41,546 bases of DNA from a virus (taxonomy: Duplodnaviria > Heunggongvirae > Uroviricota > Caudoviricetes). The notes under the pieces are model-generated. The model ran no database searches and was not told the DNA's origin. It saw only the letters and a program-made list of their open reading frames with translations. Shown here piece after piece: positions 28,201 to 36,438 of this stretch; within the stretch, counting starts at the first letter, position 1, and every line of letters starts with the position of its first letter. The stretch is from the IMG/VR virus record IMGVR_UViG_2731957818_000004, one strand, 5' to 3'. A program made the translations under genes and the position numbers.

Positions 28201-29722
28201 TTCTTGCCAGCCACTGCGCCAGATCACGTAGCGAGTCAATTGCTGAGTTGAGACCGGAGCCAAGAGAGTTAGCGAACGAAATGCCCTCTGCGCTGTTCAT
28301 GATGGAGGCCAGCTCTTTCATCCCCTTTGAGAGAGAATCCAGATAGCCCGCCTGACCGACACGATCGGCAAACAGCGTAAAGGAGGTTTGCAATTGCGCC
28401 AGCGCACCAGTGTAGGTTTGCATCATGTCTTTGGCGGCGTTTTCGTTCTCCGCACGCAGACCAACGAACATCAGCGATAGCGCCTGTTTCGCTTCCACAG
28501 TACCGGTGGAGACTGCTTTGGTCAGTTCCCCCATAGTGATACCGGCAGCGTCTGCCATCGCCTTCATCGCGCTAGGAACAGCTTCACCTAATTGCTGACG
28601 CAGTTCTTCCATCGACACGACGCCCTTACCGGACATCTGCTGGACAGCCACGGCAGCACGTTTAAGCAGCTCGCTATCGCCGCCGAAGCGTGCAACGGAG
28701 TCCACCAGTGCTTTCAGCGATCCGTCAGTAGGATCGAGACCTGCCGAGCGGAATTTAACGAAGGAATCGGTCAGCGCCTGCATCGCAAACGGGGCGTTTT
28801 GCGCCATATCCACGATGTACTGCATATCCTCTGCGGCTGCTTTGCCAGGGTTAGCCTTGTCCTTGTTCAGCCCGCGCAACATGACGCGCATACGCTCCAT
28901 TTCGGAGGCGGCTTCGATGATTGGCTTCTGCCAGCCAAACAGGATGCCAGTTACCGTTCTTGCTGCATCACCAATCTCGCCCAGCAGGAAAATATTGCCG
29001 CGCAGACCAGAGAACACGCCATTTTCAGCACCGCGCCCGCCGTGGCCATTTGTGCCGCCACGTCGACCGCCACCGCCATTACCACCGCCCTCACCGTAGC
29101 CGCTGGTGCGCACACGTACCGGCTTGCTGATCAGTTGCTGGCGGCCAATCACGGCATCCATCTGATCGCGGACTTTCTTCAGCCCCTCGGCAGCCTGGCT
29201 CGTTGTGACACCCCAATTACTGAGACGCTTCGTCGTGGTGTTAAGGCGCGTATTCATGCCACTCACGGAGGAAGAGGCTTCTTTTACCTCCGTACCGAAG
29301 CGGCTGGCGCTCTTGCCAGCGAACTTTGCCCAATCGGAAAACTCGTTGAGTTCAGACTGAACCTTGCGCAGCGATGTGGTGAGTTTATTAACGGATGAGG
29401 TGGTTGTGTCGACGCGCTCAATCAGGGTTTTGAGACCTGAGTTGAGGCTGGTAATGTTGCCTCGCGTCTTGCGCGAAACATCAGACACAAGCTCGAAGCC
29501 GGCAGCTACATCCTGTAGTTTGTCTGCCGTGGCATCGAGCTTGGACTCCAGAACGCCGATGATACGGGATACCGAACCCAACGAGCGTTCCAGATTGTTA
29601 ATTTTCTGAGCGGGCTTTGTGGCCTGCTCCCCGAATCTGGTAAGTAGCTTACCCGCCCGGTCGATTGACGCTGTAAACTGCTTGTCTTCCAGCGACAGGA
29701 TAAACTCTACGTTTTGTGACAT
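25214..29722 (-). CDS. Tape measure protein, ~1502 aa (start MSQNVEF)
   Basis: Long helical Ala/Leu-rich ORF with a tape-measure domain (ELRQQLGE) and a lambda-type C-terminus (ANGG...GE...EAYVP). Confidence 0.93.
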   Translation of the reverse strand: MSQNVEFILSLEDKQFTASIDRAGKLLTRFGEQATKPAQKINNLERSLGSVSRIIGVLESKLDATADKLQDVAAGFELVSDVSRKTRGNITSLNSGLKTLIERVDTTTSSVNKLTTSLRKVQSELNEFSDWAKFAGKSASRFGTEVKEASSSVSGMNTRLNTTTKRLSNWGVTTSQAAEGLKKVRDQMDAVIGRQQLISKPVRVRTSGYGEGGGNGGGGRRGGTNGHGGRGAENGVFSGLRGNIFLLGEIGDAARTVTGILFGWQKPIIEAASEMERMRVMLRGLNKDKANPGKAAAEDMQYIVDMAQNAPFAMQALTDSFVKFRSAGLDPTDGSLKALVDSVARFGGDSELLKRAAVAVQQMSGKGVVSMEELRQQLGEAVPSAMKAMADAAGITMGELTKAVSTGTVEAKQALSLMFVGLRAENENAAKDMMQTYTGALAQLQTSFTLFADRVGQAGYLDSLSKGMKELASIMNSAEGISFANSLGSGLNSAIDSLRDLAQWLARNQELVISLGEAVAAMVAFKIMRAGIMGVVGTAGEMVNAFAKMSTAIQAPFNMGATAVTRFNRAARMGLGPIPSLIFSIRGAIAGLQGAFAGLTAFMAANPIGAAFTVATVAIAGLITYMTMLRSETSKVVDEIRKIPEAMTAAKRAQMVEYKERLDRQISQKQQELNSGEKVIYGPGMAGTTVKVDRQKVESELKDLLAERERLGGAISMGDAAVAKRQAKEAAETQIEKIRADNQVFSASFVKARQEALEKIQKITDDKSLSDDEKNKLLAPLRETVNNSYLKPAQKLVESLSSRKTATEKQIAHFSDLLEKAKKEGNTEQVQKLQGSIRGYQEHLETVAQELTQAEFERDNAAKTGKGVKTNQGTVLGLGTSDKGADKALAQYMRNQMDSAVYQRTLPDGTPMMDFEGKPIIGPKQLKTQLNLQKASTASSLEKMSEKERAAAIAALTKAREQDAAAAEKAGQRTANASQRAARKEENAQRKLAAGYQKALDKADQLMGQMGESSKATVSFDQSLRDTTKSLTDLANAVPNEFITQEMIDKAKARLADLAGASAEYREMFNRRNVEQMISTWAPESSSIINAGYTQSREERVAEFNDTYNRNLKALMELRDKASDPKIVALYNKQIKRLVAAGNTALIKETGTATQKMALEFENLAEQIENSWSNLFSNLTETLTDFVMKGKLDFSSLAESILRDITNMVVKTQITLPLMNMLGMGTTAAGNGQSGNLMNGVASAIANQGVSLGSAGGAVANGDKTVGEATKETASGVDSMGQASQNAANGLSQAVSGVWDWTKSLFTGTDATKDQTKAVNSSILSMSNLSTVASGLAATFAMIGANSSSSSSRWLNFGMSLASTAVAAWAGSSSSANVKAHANGGIFGKNGAVPLRAYQTGGIATSPQLALFGEGSMNEAYVPLPDGKTIPVTLSGDVGGGKVMAPVSISINVTKEGGSESSSGDEKGAWTGAAKQIKAIVLDTIAQEKRSGGSLNKYTARG

Positions 29723-29729
29723 TCCCTTG

Positions 29730-30083
29730 TCATCCTCTGCCAAAAATTTGCATCAGTTGCTCTTTGGCGTCAGGGTCTGCCTTATCCTTGCGTGGATCGT
29801 AGACTTTATCGGTTACGACTGGTCTTCCAATCCTGAGTTGCAAACCCTCCATGAACGCCTTCACGCCCTCGCCATCTGCCTGGGCAGCGCGAGCGACTTG
29901 CAGGTTGCGGACATCCTCTTCCGCGCGCAGACGGTCGATGTTGCGACTGAGCATCCAGAACATCGTTAGAGGGACGCCCAGCAGCTCTAATGGCGACACG
30001 GCGTAGTGAGCAACTACACGACTGAAATAGAATCCGAGGTCTATCGAAACGGTCTTTACCCCGGACTCATCGCGGGAAATTAC
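29730..30083 (-). CDS. Tail chaperone T segment, probably made as a G-T fusion (~222 aa)
   Basis: Frame is open from 30092 to 29730, in the -1 frame relative to G, with no good own start. Confidence 0.7.
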   Translation of the reverse strand, partial: VISRDESGVKTVSIDLGFYFSRVVAHYAVSPLELLGVPLTMFWMLSRNIDRLRAEEDVRNLQVARAAQADGEGVKAFMEGLQLRIGRPVVTDKVYDPRKDKADPDAKEQLMQIFGRG

Positions 30084-30397
30084 TTTGCCCCTTCACCAGC
30101 CGCTTTTTCGTTCTCTTCATCAATCACTTCCATAGCGAAGGTGAAGATCTGCTGGAGCTGCGGAACAGTCAGTTTTTCCAGTACAGCGTCCGGCACGGAT
30201 GGGATGACCTTGCGAACCAGGTCGGCGTAAGCAGTTACCTGCTCAACAGGCGACATGTTCTGGAGGTCTTTGCCTTCCATCTGCTTGATGGAGACAAACA
30301 GGCCAACAGTCATTTCAACGATGGGGTATTCCTGACCGCCGAACTTGATGCTTTTCTTCGGAGGCAGAATGGAGTCGAGATCGAGTAATTTGGTCAT
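30080..30397 (-). CDS. Tail assembly chaperone G, 105 aa
   Basis: Between tail tube and tape measure; ends GGG GCA AAG TAA. Confidence 0.85.
   Translation of the reverse strand: MTKLLDLDSILPPKKSIKFGGQEYPIVEMTVGLFVSIKQMEGKDLQNMSPVEQVTAYADLVRKVIPSVPDAVLEKLTVPQLQQIFTFAMEVIDEENEKAAGEGAK
30083..30091 (-). other. Predicted -1 ribosomal frameshift site GGG GCA AAG
   Basis: AAG to AAA Lys slip just before the G stop; resembles lambda G GGA AAG. Confidence 0.65.
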
Positions 30398-30413
30398 TGG
30401 TTAAAGTCCTTTT

Positions 30414-30443
30414 AAAAGAGAGGCTCTTCCTGAGCCTCTGCTT
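30414..30443 (-). terminator. Terminator-like hairpin after the tail tube gene
   Basis: AGAGGCTC-TTCCT-GAGCCTCT with a T run on the minus strand. Confidence 0.55.
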
Positions 30444-30457
30444 ACTTAACGCTACGA

Positions 30458-31204
30458 TTATTCGGCTGCATTAACCGTCACGGATTTGGTCGCTTTTTTG
30501 CTACCACTGGTGCTGGTGAAGGTAATGTTTGCCGTACCTTCAGCTACACCATGAACCAGACCAGTCTGGTCGACGGTTGCTGTGCCCTGGGCATCCGATT
30601 CCCAGACACCGGATTTATCGCTTGCATCTGCTGGAGTGATTTCAGCCGTCAGCTGAACGTTTTCGCCCGCCTTCACTTCCGGAGATTCCGGCGTGATCTT
30701 GACGGACTCAACCGGCTTTGGGCCGCTCATTCTCCCCAGCGTGCCGTTGTCATCCGGATAAGCAGTGAACTGAACGGAGAAAACGCGAACATCATCAGAC
30801 TGGTAGGTCATGGTGAAGTTGCCCGCGGTCGCTGCTTTGGGGATGGTCAGAACGTAGTCGGTGGTATCCTGCGGCGTCAGGATCAGCTCTTTGGCCACGT
30901 CGATCAGGTTTACGCCCTGCGCGGAAGTGATGGTCACGGTGTTTGAGTCTTCGCTCAGGGTAGAGCCAGGCATCAAATCAACCATGTTCTTCAGCACGGA
31001 CTCGGCCAGCGGCGCGGTAATCGTGATATTACGACCCTGCACCAGCTCGGAGATGGTGGTCTGCCCCAGCTGGTCTACGGTGACTTTCAGAGTTTCGGTC
31101 GCAACTTCAACCTGAACACCGCCTTTGGTGTAACCCAGATCAACGCCACCAAACGACACTTTGCAGGCGCCAAGTTTGATGTTTTTTACATGGGTATTGG
31201 ACAT
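30458..31204 (-). CDS. Major tail tube protein with C-terminal Ig-like (Big_2) domain, 248 aa
   Basis: LGYTKGGV tube motif; C-terminal WESD...ATVDQTGLVHGVAEGTA.IT. Confidence 0.9.
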   Translation of the reverse strand: MSNTHVKNIKLGACKVSFGGVDLGYTKGGVQVEVATETLKVTVDQLGQTTISELVQGRNITITAPLAESVLKNMVDLMPGSTLSEDSNTVTITSAQGVNLIDVAKELILTPQDTTDYVLTIPKAATAGNFTMTYQSDDVRVFSVQFTAYPDDNGTLGRMSGPKPVESVKITPESPEVKAGENVQLTAEITPADASDKSGVWESDAQGTATVDQTGLVHGVAEGTANITFTSTSGSKKATKSVTVNAAE

Positions 31205-31254
31205 TGTTGGAAAACTCCTTTTTCCGTTAAATCAGCACCTTCATGGCGCTAATG

Positions 31255-31274
31255 GTAAGTATATACTTACTTAT
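31255..31274. promoter_or_regulatory. Motif A site
   Basis: GTAAGTA-TATACT-TACTTAT upstream of the tail tube gene. Confidence 0.65.
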
Positions 31275-31278
31275 TTTA

Positions 31279-31662
31279 TTAATTCAACAAATAGCCCGCA
31301 AATTCAATCGGGATGCCCGCTTCAATTAATGAGCCTTCGTTTTTTGGATAAGTGATCGGCATCGACATTGGTCGAACCAACCGGAAGTAAACGCCCTCTG
31401 ACACGGTTTCTTCGACCGGGAACATGTCCATGATCTTATTGGCTTTCGCCACCGCCTTTGTGATCGTCGCATTACGCACGATGACGGTAAAAGAGTCGTG
31501 ATAAAAGCCTTTCAACTCATGGTCAATAGCGATCCCCGTATTGGGATTAACCAACAGAACACCGGACTTCACATTGGCTGGCATGTAGTGACAAAAGATG
31601 TCAGTGCCGAGTGTACCGATCTTCGCCTTCTGCATCAGGCTCGCAAATGCTTCAATAAACAC
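31279..31662 (-). CDS. Putative tail terminator, 127 aa
   Basis: Size and position immediately before the tail tube. Confidence 0.65.
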   Translation of the reverse strand: MFIEAFASLMQKAKIGTLGTDIFCHYMPANVKSGVLLVNPNTGIAIDHELKGFYHDSFTVIVRNATITKAVAKANKIMDMFPVEETVSEGVYFRLVRPMSMPITYPKNEGSLIEAGIPIEFAGYLLN

Positions 31663-31663
31663 A

Positions 31664-32137
31664 TCAACCTCTCGTAAAACCTGCTTTCCTTGCCGCTTCA
31701 GCTATCGTCTGAGTGAACTGTTTCTCACTGATCTGTACGGCTCTCTCAAGGAACAAAGGCCCAACTCGTGGCTTCACACCAGCGACTGGCGGGTTGGTGA
31801 CGCTCTTCATGCGAGAGAGATAGCCGAGACGATACTTACCCAACTCCATGTACTCCGCATAATCGCCAACCTCAACGCCCGGATGCCCCTCGCGTGGCTT
31901 GGCCCCGGATACCGATAACTCAATACGCAGCCCGGTATAACCCTCTTTGACCACTCTCGCGAAGATCGCGCTTTCGAGTGAGCCAGTCTCCAGCGGAGCC
32001 ATTGCCCGCGCCAGACGCTCAACCAGACGCGCCAGCTTCTCCATGTCACGGATGAGATAACGCTTAAAGGCTTTCTGGCTGTTGTTGAGCCTGTCACCAG
32101 CACGCTTAAACTGATGTGCGTCGTACTTCAGACCCAT
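31664..32137 (-). CDS. HK97 gp10-like tail-completion protein, 157 aa
   Basis: APLETGSLESAI, YAEYMELG, FLERA motifs. Confidence 0.75.
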   Translation of the reverse strand: MGLKYDAHQFKRAGDRLNNSQKAFKRYLIRDMEKLARLVERLARAMAPLETGSLESAIFARVVKEGYTGLRIELSVSGAKPREGHPGVEVGDYAEYMELGKYRLGYLSRMKSVTNPPVAGVKPRVGPLFLERAVQISEKQFTQTIAEAARKAGFTRG

Positions 32138-32472
32138 ATGTTTGCCCCTACTTCCAGATGCCCAGGGCGCCCACGCAGTCCCCAGCGACGATGCACGCTG
32201 GATACCTTCAGCTTTTGCCCCTCCAGAATGAGAACGTCATCAAGCTGTACTGCGGCCTCAAGTGGGATCACCAGAACAGCATCGAACAATTCCAGATTCG
32301 CTTTACCGCGACTGCCGGAGCTGTCCGCACGTACCGATGACTTCTCGTTACTTTGCTCAAACTTAACGACGCCGACGTTCGTCTTCCTGACGAACTGCAA
32401 TTGCGCTTCACCGTAGACGTTCTTCGAACCCAGACGGTAAATCGCTATCTCTGCTTGCCATGAAATGTTCAT
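32128..32472 (-). CDS. Putative head-closure protein, ~114 aa (start MNISWQ)
   Basis: Beta-rich ORF between adaptor and gp10-like genes. Confidence 0.6.
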   Translation of the reverse strand: MNISWQAEIAIYRLGSKNVYGEAQLQFVRKTNVGVVKFEQSNEKSSVRADSSGSRGKANLELFDAVLVIPLEAAVQLDDVLILEGQKLKVSSVHRRWGLRGRPGHLEVGANIWV

Positions 32473-32569
32473 GCACTTTCCCTGTGGTTGGCAGCCGCAC
32501 TCATTACCAGGCGAAGGCGCGATTGCTCGTCTTGAGCCTTTCGACCAGAAGTAAATAATGCGACTGGCG

Positions 32570-33403
32570 TTACGCACGGCGAACAATCATGCGGTTATTG
32601 ATGTAACTGACCAGCAGTCGCCAGGTACTGCGAGCCACATGCACATTTGCCGCTTTGCCGGTGCGGTACATATTGGTCGTTTCACCAATGGACTCAGACA
32701 GAATGCCGTCCTCGCGGGCTGCCGCTACGTCATTACCGTTAGCGATTTCGCAGGCTTCATTAACCACGGCCAGCATTAATGCCTGTTTGAAGTAGTCCGG
32801 GAACTCGTCGAATTTCTCCGGCGTCATCTGCCCCCAATCAATCAGATCGTGACGATATGCCCCGTCAGCGCCCCACGGAATGTCATAGACGTTCAGCATG
32901 TTTTGCGGGCGGTCGTAACGGTCGAAGTCGATACGCAGGACTTTGCGGATTGAGAACGGCAGCGTTTTGACGCGTCTGGTGGCCTCAATGAGACGTTTGC
33001 GCATCAGCCCTTCGCCATCAGCTAACAGGGTGTCGCCGTTCAGCATATCGATAGCTTGCATCTGGGCGTCTGCGACCGTTGCGAATGACTGGCCTGGAAT
33101 TGACAGCTCGAAGCTATTTAGCAGAACGTACATCTTGCGCTCTTCATGCGTCAGCCCGGATGCCACCGCTTTGACAATGACGTGTCGCAGATCGCGCTCT
33201 TTATCTGAAAGCAGGTTGTGTTCGGCCGACACGACAACCGGAATGGACATCTGCCCCTCAGTAATATCGAGAGGTTCGTTATCGACGATGATCGCACCAG
33301 CGCCATCTCTGACGGTATACGTGGCCGACTCAATATCCAGAACGTTAAATGCAAACGACAGGGAAACTGCTTCCCCGCTACGGTACGTGTCGATCTGCGC
33401 CAT
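32570..33403 (-). CDS. Putative head-tail adaptor with N-terminal extension, 277 aa
   Basis: SFATVAD...L..AT, SESIGE motif; position after the capsid genes. Confidence 0.7.
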   Translation of the reverse strand: MAQIDTYRSGEAVSLSFAFNVLDIESATYTVRDGAGAIIVDNEPLDITEGQMSIPVVVSAEHNLLSDKERDLRHVIVKAVASGLTHEERKMYVLLNSFELSIPGQSFATVADAQMQAIDMLNGDTLLADGEGLMRKRLIEATRRVKTLPFSIRKVLRIDFDRYDRPQNMLNVYDIPWGADGAYRHDLIDWGQMTPEKFDEFPDYFKQALMLAVVNEACEIANGNDVAAAREDGILSESIGETTNMYRTGKAANVHVARSTWRLLVSYINNRMIVRRA

Positions 33404-33837
33404 TACTCACCGCCCTGTGCTTTCAGGATGCCTTCGATCATTTCAACGATGCCTTTGGCTTTCACCCCAATCTGGTTGCCGATCTGACGCAGACCCGCAA
33501 TACCTTCGCAGTCCGCAATCGACTCCAGCTCTTCACGAGTAAAGCGCTGTACCGGTTTGGTTTCCGCTTCAGCTGTACCACGTTTCATTGGCACAATATC
33601 CGGGGCCGCCGTCTCGACAATGTCGTCCGCAGTCAAATCATTGCGACTGCTGTATGCGGCAGAAGGAGATACATTTTTGCCTTCAACGGTAGTGGCACGC
33701 ATGGAGGCACAAATCCGCTGCTGATCGATGAATGGCAGTTCGGCAACCGAGATGCCGTCGACAAACTGGATACCGCAGAGAATGCCCGTGTACCCCAAAA
33801 ACTGAGGCTCCAATAAACGAATTTTTGCTGGTTTCAT
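33403..33837 (-). CDS. Virion-associated hypothetical protein, ~144 aa
   Basis: N-terminus paralogous to the next gene; small helical C-terminal domain. Confidence 0.7.
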   Translation of the reverse strand: MKPAKIRLLEPQFLGYTGILCGIQFVDGISVAELPFIDQQRICASMRATTVEGKNVSPSAAYSSRNDLTADDIVETAAPDIVPMKRGTAEAETKPVQRFTREELESIADCEGIAGLRQIGNQIGVKAKGIVEMIEGILKAQGGE

Positions 33838-33880
33838 TCTTCTTCTCACTTAATGGGCGGCTATGCCGCCCATGTGTTGG

Positions 33881-34543
33881 TTACGCAGCCGGTGCTGCGG
33901 TCACTTCAACGGTCGCAGTCGCTTTGTGGCTGCCGTCTTCCGTGGTGACTTCGATAGTGGCAGTACCAACTGCTACGCCAGCTACGTTACCGTTCTGGTC
34001 AACGGTCGCTTTGTCGCTATTTTTGGAAGTCCAGGTGACTCTTTTGTTGGTTGCGTTTGACGGCTGTACATCAACACGCAACTTGACCGATTTCCCCTTC
34101 TCAACGGAGGTAGAGTCTGGCGTTACGGTAACGGACTCCACGCTGACAGGCTTAACGGTCACTTCGACTGACGCAGAAAGCTGAGTCTGCTTATCGGTGG
34201 CGGTGATCTTCACTTTGCCCGGAGTCACGCCAGTAACCAGACCCGTACCGCTGACTGTGGCGACCTGGTCATTGGCCGACGTCCAGGTGAATGAATCTGC
34301 GCTTTTGCTCATAGTGATACCTGCACTAAGTTGAACGGTTTTGCCCACCAATACGGACGGCGCAACCGGTGTAATGGTGACAGATTGAGTGAACGGAATT
34401 GCCCGGAAGCAAGCCGCAAGATGGTTCTGCTGGCGCTCGCTCAGAGGCTCGTTGGAGATGGAATTGGTGAATCCGGCACGGCACATATGCCCCGTGAAAT
34501 CCGCAAACGCCTCTTCCGTGATCTTCATCTTTTGTTCTGGCAT
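33881..34543 (-). CDS. Ig-like (two Big_2 domains) decoration protein, 220 aa
   Basis: Two WTS..VATV...G.VTGV..G..ITAT repeats; directly after the major capsid gene. Confidence 0.85.
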   Translation of the reverse strand: MPEQKMKITEEAFADFTGHMCRAGFTNSISNEPLSERQQNHLAACFRAIPFTQSVTITPVAPSVLVGKTVQLSAGITMSKSADSFTWTSANDQVATVSGTGLVTGVTPGKVKITATDKQTQLSASVEVTVKPVSVESVTVTPDSTSVEKGKSVKLRVDVQPSNATNKRVTWTSKNSDKATVDQNGNVAGVAVGTATIEVTTEDGSHKATATVEVTAAPAA

Positions 34544-34557
34544 TTCTCGCTCCTACA

Positions 34558-34583
34558 AAAAGGGTGGGCGTATAGCCCACCCC
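34558..34583 (-). terminator. Terminator after the major capsid gene
   Basis: GGGTGGGC-TATAC-GCCCACCC followed by TTTTGT on the minus strand. Confidence 0.7.
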
Positions 34584-34589
34584 TAAACG

Positions 34590-34609
34590 GTAGATAATTA
34601 CTTACCTAC
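34590..34609. promoter_or_regulatory. Motif A site
   Basis: GTAGATA-ATTACT-TACCTAC. Confidence 0.6.
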
Positions 34610-34617
34610 TATACTGA

Positions 34618-35493
34618 TCAAATTTTTACGTTGGTCAGTGCGGCGATAGCCTTGTCGTGCTTGTTCGCCAGAGAGCAGTACCACTTAACGCGGGTACGGG
34701 TTGCGTCTTTGTTCTGAACAGTACCGATGTTCTCAACAACGATACCGGCGTTTTCACCGCCATACAGACCAGTCACACCGTTCTCTTCGGACAGGTGCAG
34801 GCAGTAAATGCTTGCTTTGCCCGCGTCAGCCGGGATGAAGTCGTTCACGATGAACGGTACACCGTTGTGGCACAGCATCGGACGACCGAAGTTTTCCATC
34901 ATGATTTCAGACGGGCCGATGTTTACGGTGCGCAGCAGCGCGCGGTAAGCACGCAGGTGCTCGGAACGCATCATGATGCAGTCTGCGCCCAGATCTTTCA
35001 CCGCGTCGACCAGCTCGTCGAACATGGAGAAGGTCATGGAAGCGCCTTCGATATCGATCTTCTGATCGTCGTGCATCAGCTTCGGAATACCGTCGAACGC
35101 TTTGGTGTTGGTGCTGGAGTCGCCCAGAATCAGGTTGCGGCGGAATGCGCGAGCCAGACCTTTCACCTTCTGACGAACCTGGATTGCCAGCTGGTTGTTG
35201 GTGTCGGACATAGTGGTCGCCAGGAATTTGTCGACGTCTACGTCGCCTGCCAGGATACGCAGCTTCGCAACATGTTCGGTGAAGGTTGCAGCGCCTTCGG
35301 TGATGGTGTCGTTCACATCGATGAAGGTTGCTTCGCTCAGGGTAGCTTCGCGGTTGTAGAGGTATGCCTTAGAATTAATCTTCATGAAAGGCAGAACAGC
35401 GAACAGGTCATCGCGATCGATGATGGTCTCGATCACACCCTGCTCAAGTTCGTTGTTAGACAGCTTTTCAGCTTCATCACGCAGTAATGGCAT
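34618..35493 (-). CDS. Major capsid protein (HK97 fold), 291 aa
   Basis: YNREATL, GDVDVDKF, AFDGI, NGVPFIVND, TRVKWYC pattern; follows the scaffold gene. Confidence 0.9.
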   Translation of the reverse strand: MPLLRDEAEKLSNNELEQGVIETIIDRDDLFAVLPFMKINSKAYLYNREATLSEATFIDVNDTITEGAATFTEHVAKLRILAGDVDVDKFLATTMSDTNNQLAIQVRQKVKGLARAFRRNLILGDSSTNTKAFDGIPKLMHDDQKIDIEGASMTFSMFDELVDAVKDLGADCIMMRSEHLRAYRALLRTVNIGPSEIMMENFGRPMLCHNGVPFIVNDFIPADAGKASIYCLHLSEENGVTGLYGGENAGIVVENIGTVQNKDATRTRVKWYCSLANKHDKAIAALTNVKI

Positions 35494-35519
35494 CTTTCAT
35501 TTCCCTATGATTTAAGATG

Positions 35520-36416
35520 TTACTTGAGTCCGATTTTCCCCAGACCGGAGGTCAACTTATCCATAGTCGACTTGCTCTTCGGCTGGTTTACTTTGTGGGT
35601 CGGTTTGCTATTGGAACCAGCACCCTGCTTGGCTTCGCTGCGCAACAGTGCGTCAGCTTCCGGATCTGCACGCAGAATGCGCTCAATCGCGGATTCGAAC
35701 GGTAACGGTTTGCCTTCACCGTCAACCAGAACTGCACGTTCTTTCTGACCGGCTGGCTTATCAAAGCCCACAACACTACCGTCTTCACCCACTTCGAAAT
35801 GAGAGCCGTAGATAACGCGAGCCTTAGCCGGAGTCATCAGAACTTTGTCACGCAGGAAGGCAGAGCCGCTGAAGGAAGCGCCAACCGTCATTTCGACCAG
35901 TTGAGCCTTCAGTGCGGCGTTCTCGCTCTCCAGAGCGGAGTAGCGTTCGTCGCGCTGTGCCAGTTCAGCTTGGTGCGCTTCGATCATCTGCTTTTTCACA
36001 GCATCGAACTCACCACGGCGTTCCAGTTCAGCCTGCTCCGCCTCCCGACGTGCGGTTTCTGCGGCTTGTTCAGCTTCGAGAAGCTGGCGAGCACGCGCCG
36101 GGTCAATATCACCGTACTGAGCCAGCTGATCGGCCAATGTGCGCTCTTTCTCCTTGCGCTTCATGTTCTCTTTCAGCAGGTCAGCACCGGCTTTCTTGGA
36201 CTTACGCAGTTCTGCCAGCAACTCTTCCTGAGTCATACCGGCATACTCGTCGTCGTCACCCTTCGGTTGCTCTTTTTGCTCGCCCTGTTTGCCTGGGTCT
36301 TGATTGCCCTGCTCATTGTCTCCAGCAGGAGCACCGCCACCAGCGCCGCCGCGCTCATGCGCTTCAGCTACATCCATCAGGCCACGACGGGCCATAAGCA
36401 TTTGCCACAGATTCAT
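35520..36416 (-). CDS. Capsid scaffold protein, 298 aa
   Basis: Flexible N-terminus, long coiled coil, Gly-rich basic C-terminus; between portal and capsid. Confidence 0.8.
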   Translation of the reverse strand: MNLWQMLMARRGLMDVAEAHERGGAGGGAPAGDNEQGNQDPGKQGEQKEQPKGDDDEYAGMTQEELLAELRKSKKAGADLLKENMKRKEKERTLADQLAQYGDIDPARARQLLEAEQAAETARREAEQAELERRGEFDAVKKQMIEAHQAELAQRDERYSALESENAALKAQLVEMTVGASFSGSAFLRDKVLMTPAKARVIYGSHFEVGEDGSVVGFDKPAGQKERAVLVDGEGKPLPFESAIERILRADPEADALLRSEAKQGAGSNSKPTHKVNQPKSKSTMDKLTSGLGKIGLK

Positions 36417-36438
36417 AGAAATTCCTTTTCGTTACTTA

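Noticed and set aside
28592-29398. 268-aa plus-strand ORF and the other plus-strand ORFs across J, tape measure, portal and terL
   Set aside because: Antisense to well-supported genes; expected from codon bias.
29640-29653. GTAAGTAGCTTACC inside the tape measure gene as a motif A site; also lone TACTTA half-sites near 17955, 30443 and 36433
   Set aside because: Wrong spacing or no second half-site.
34657-35487. 276-aa plus-strand ORF
   Set aside because: Antisense shadow of the major capsid gene; no protein-like motifs.
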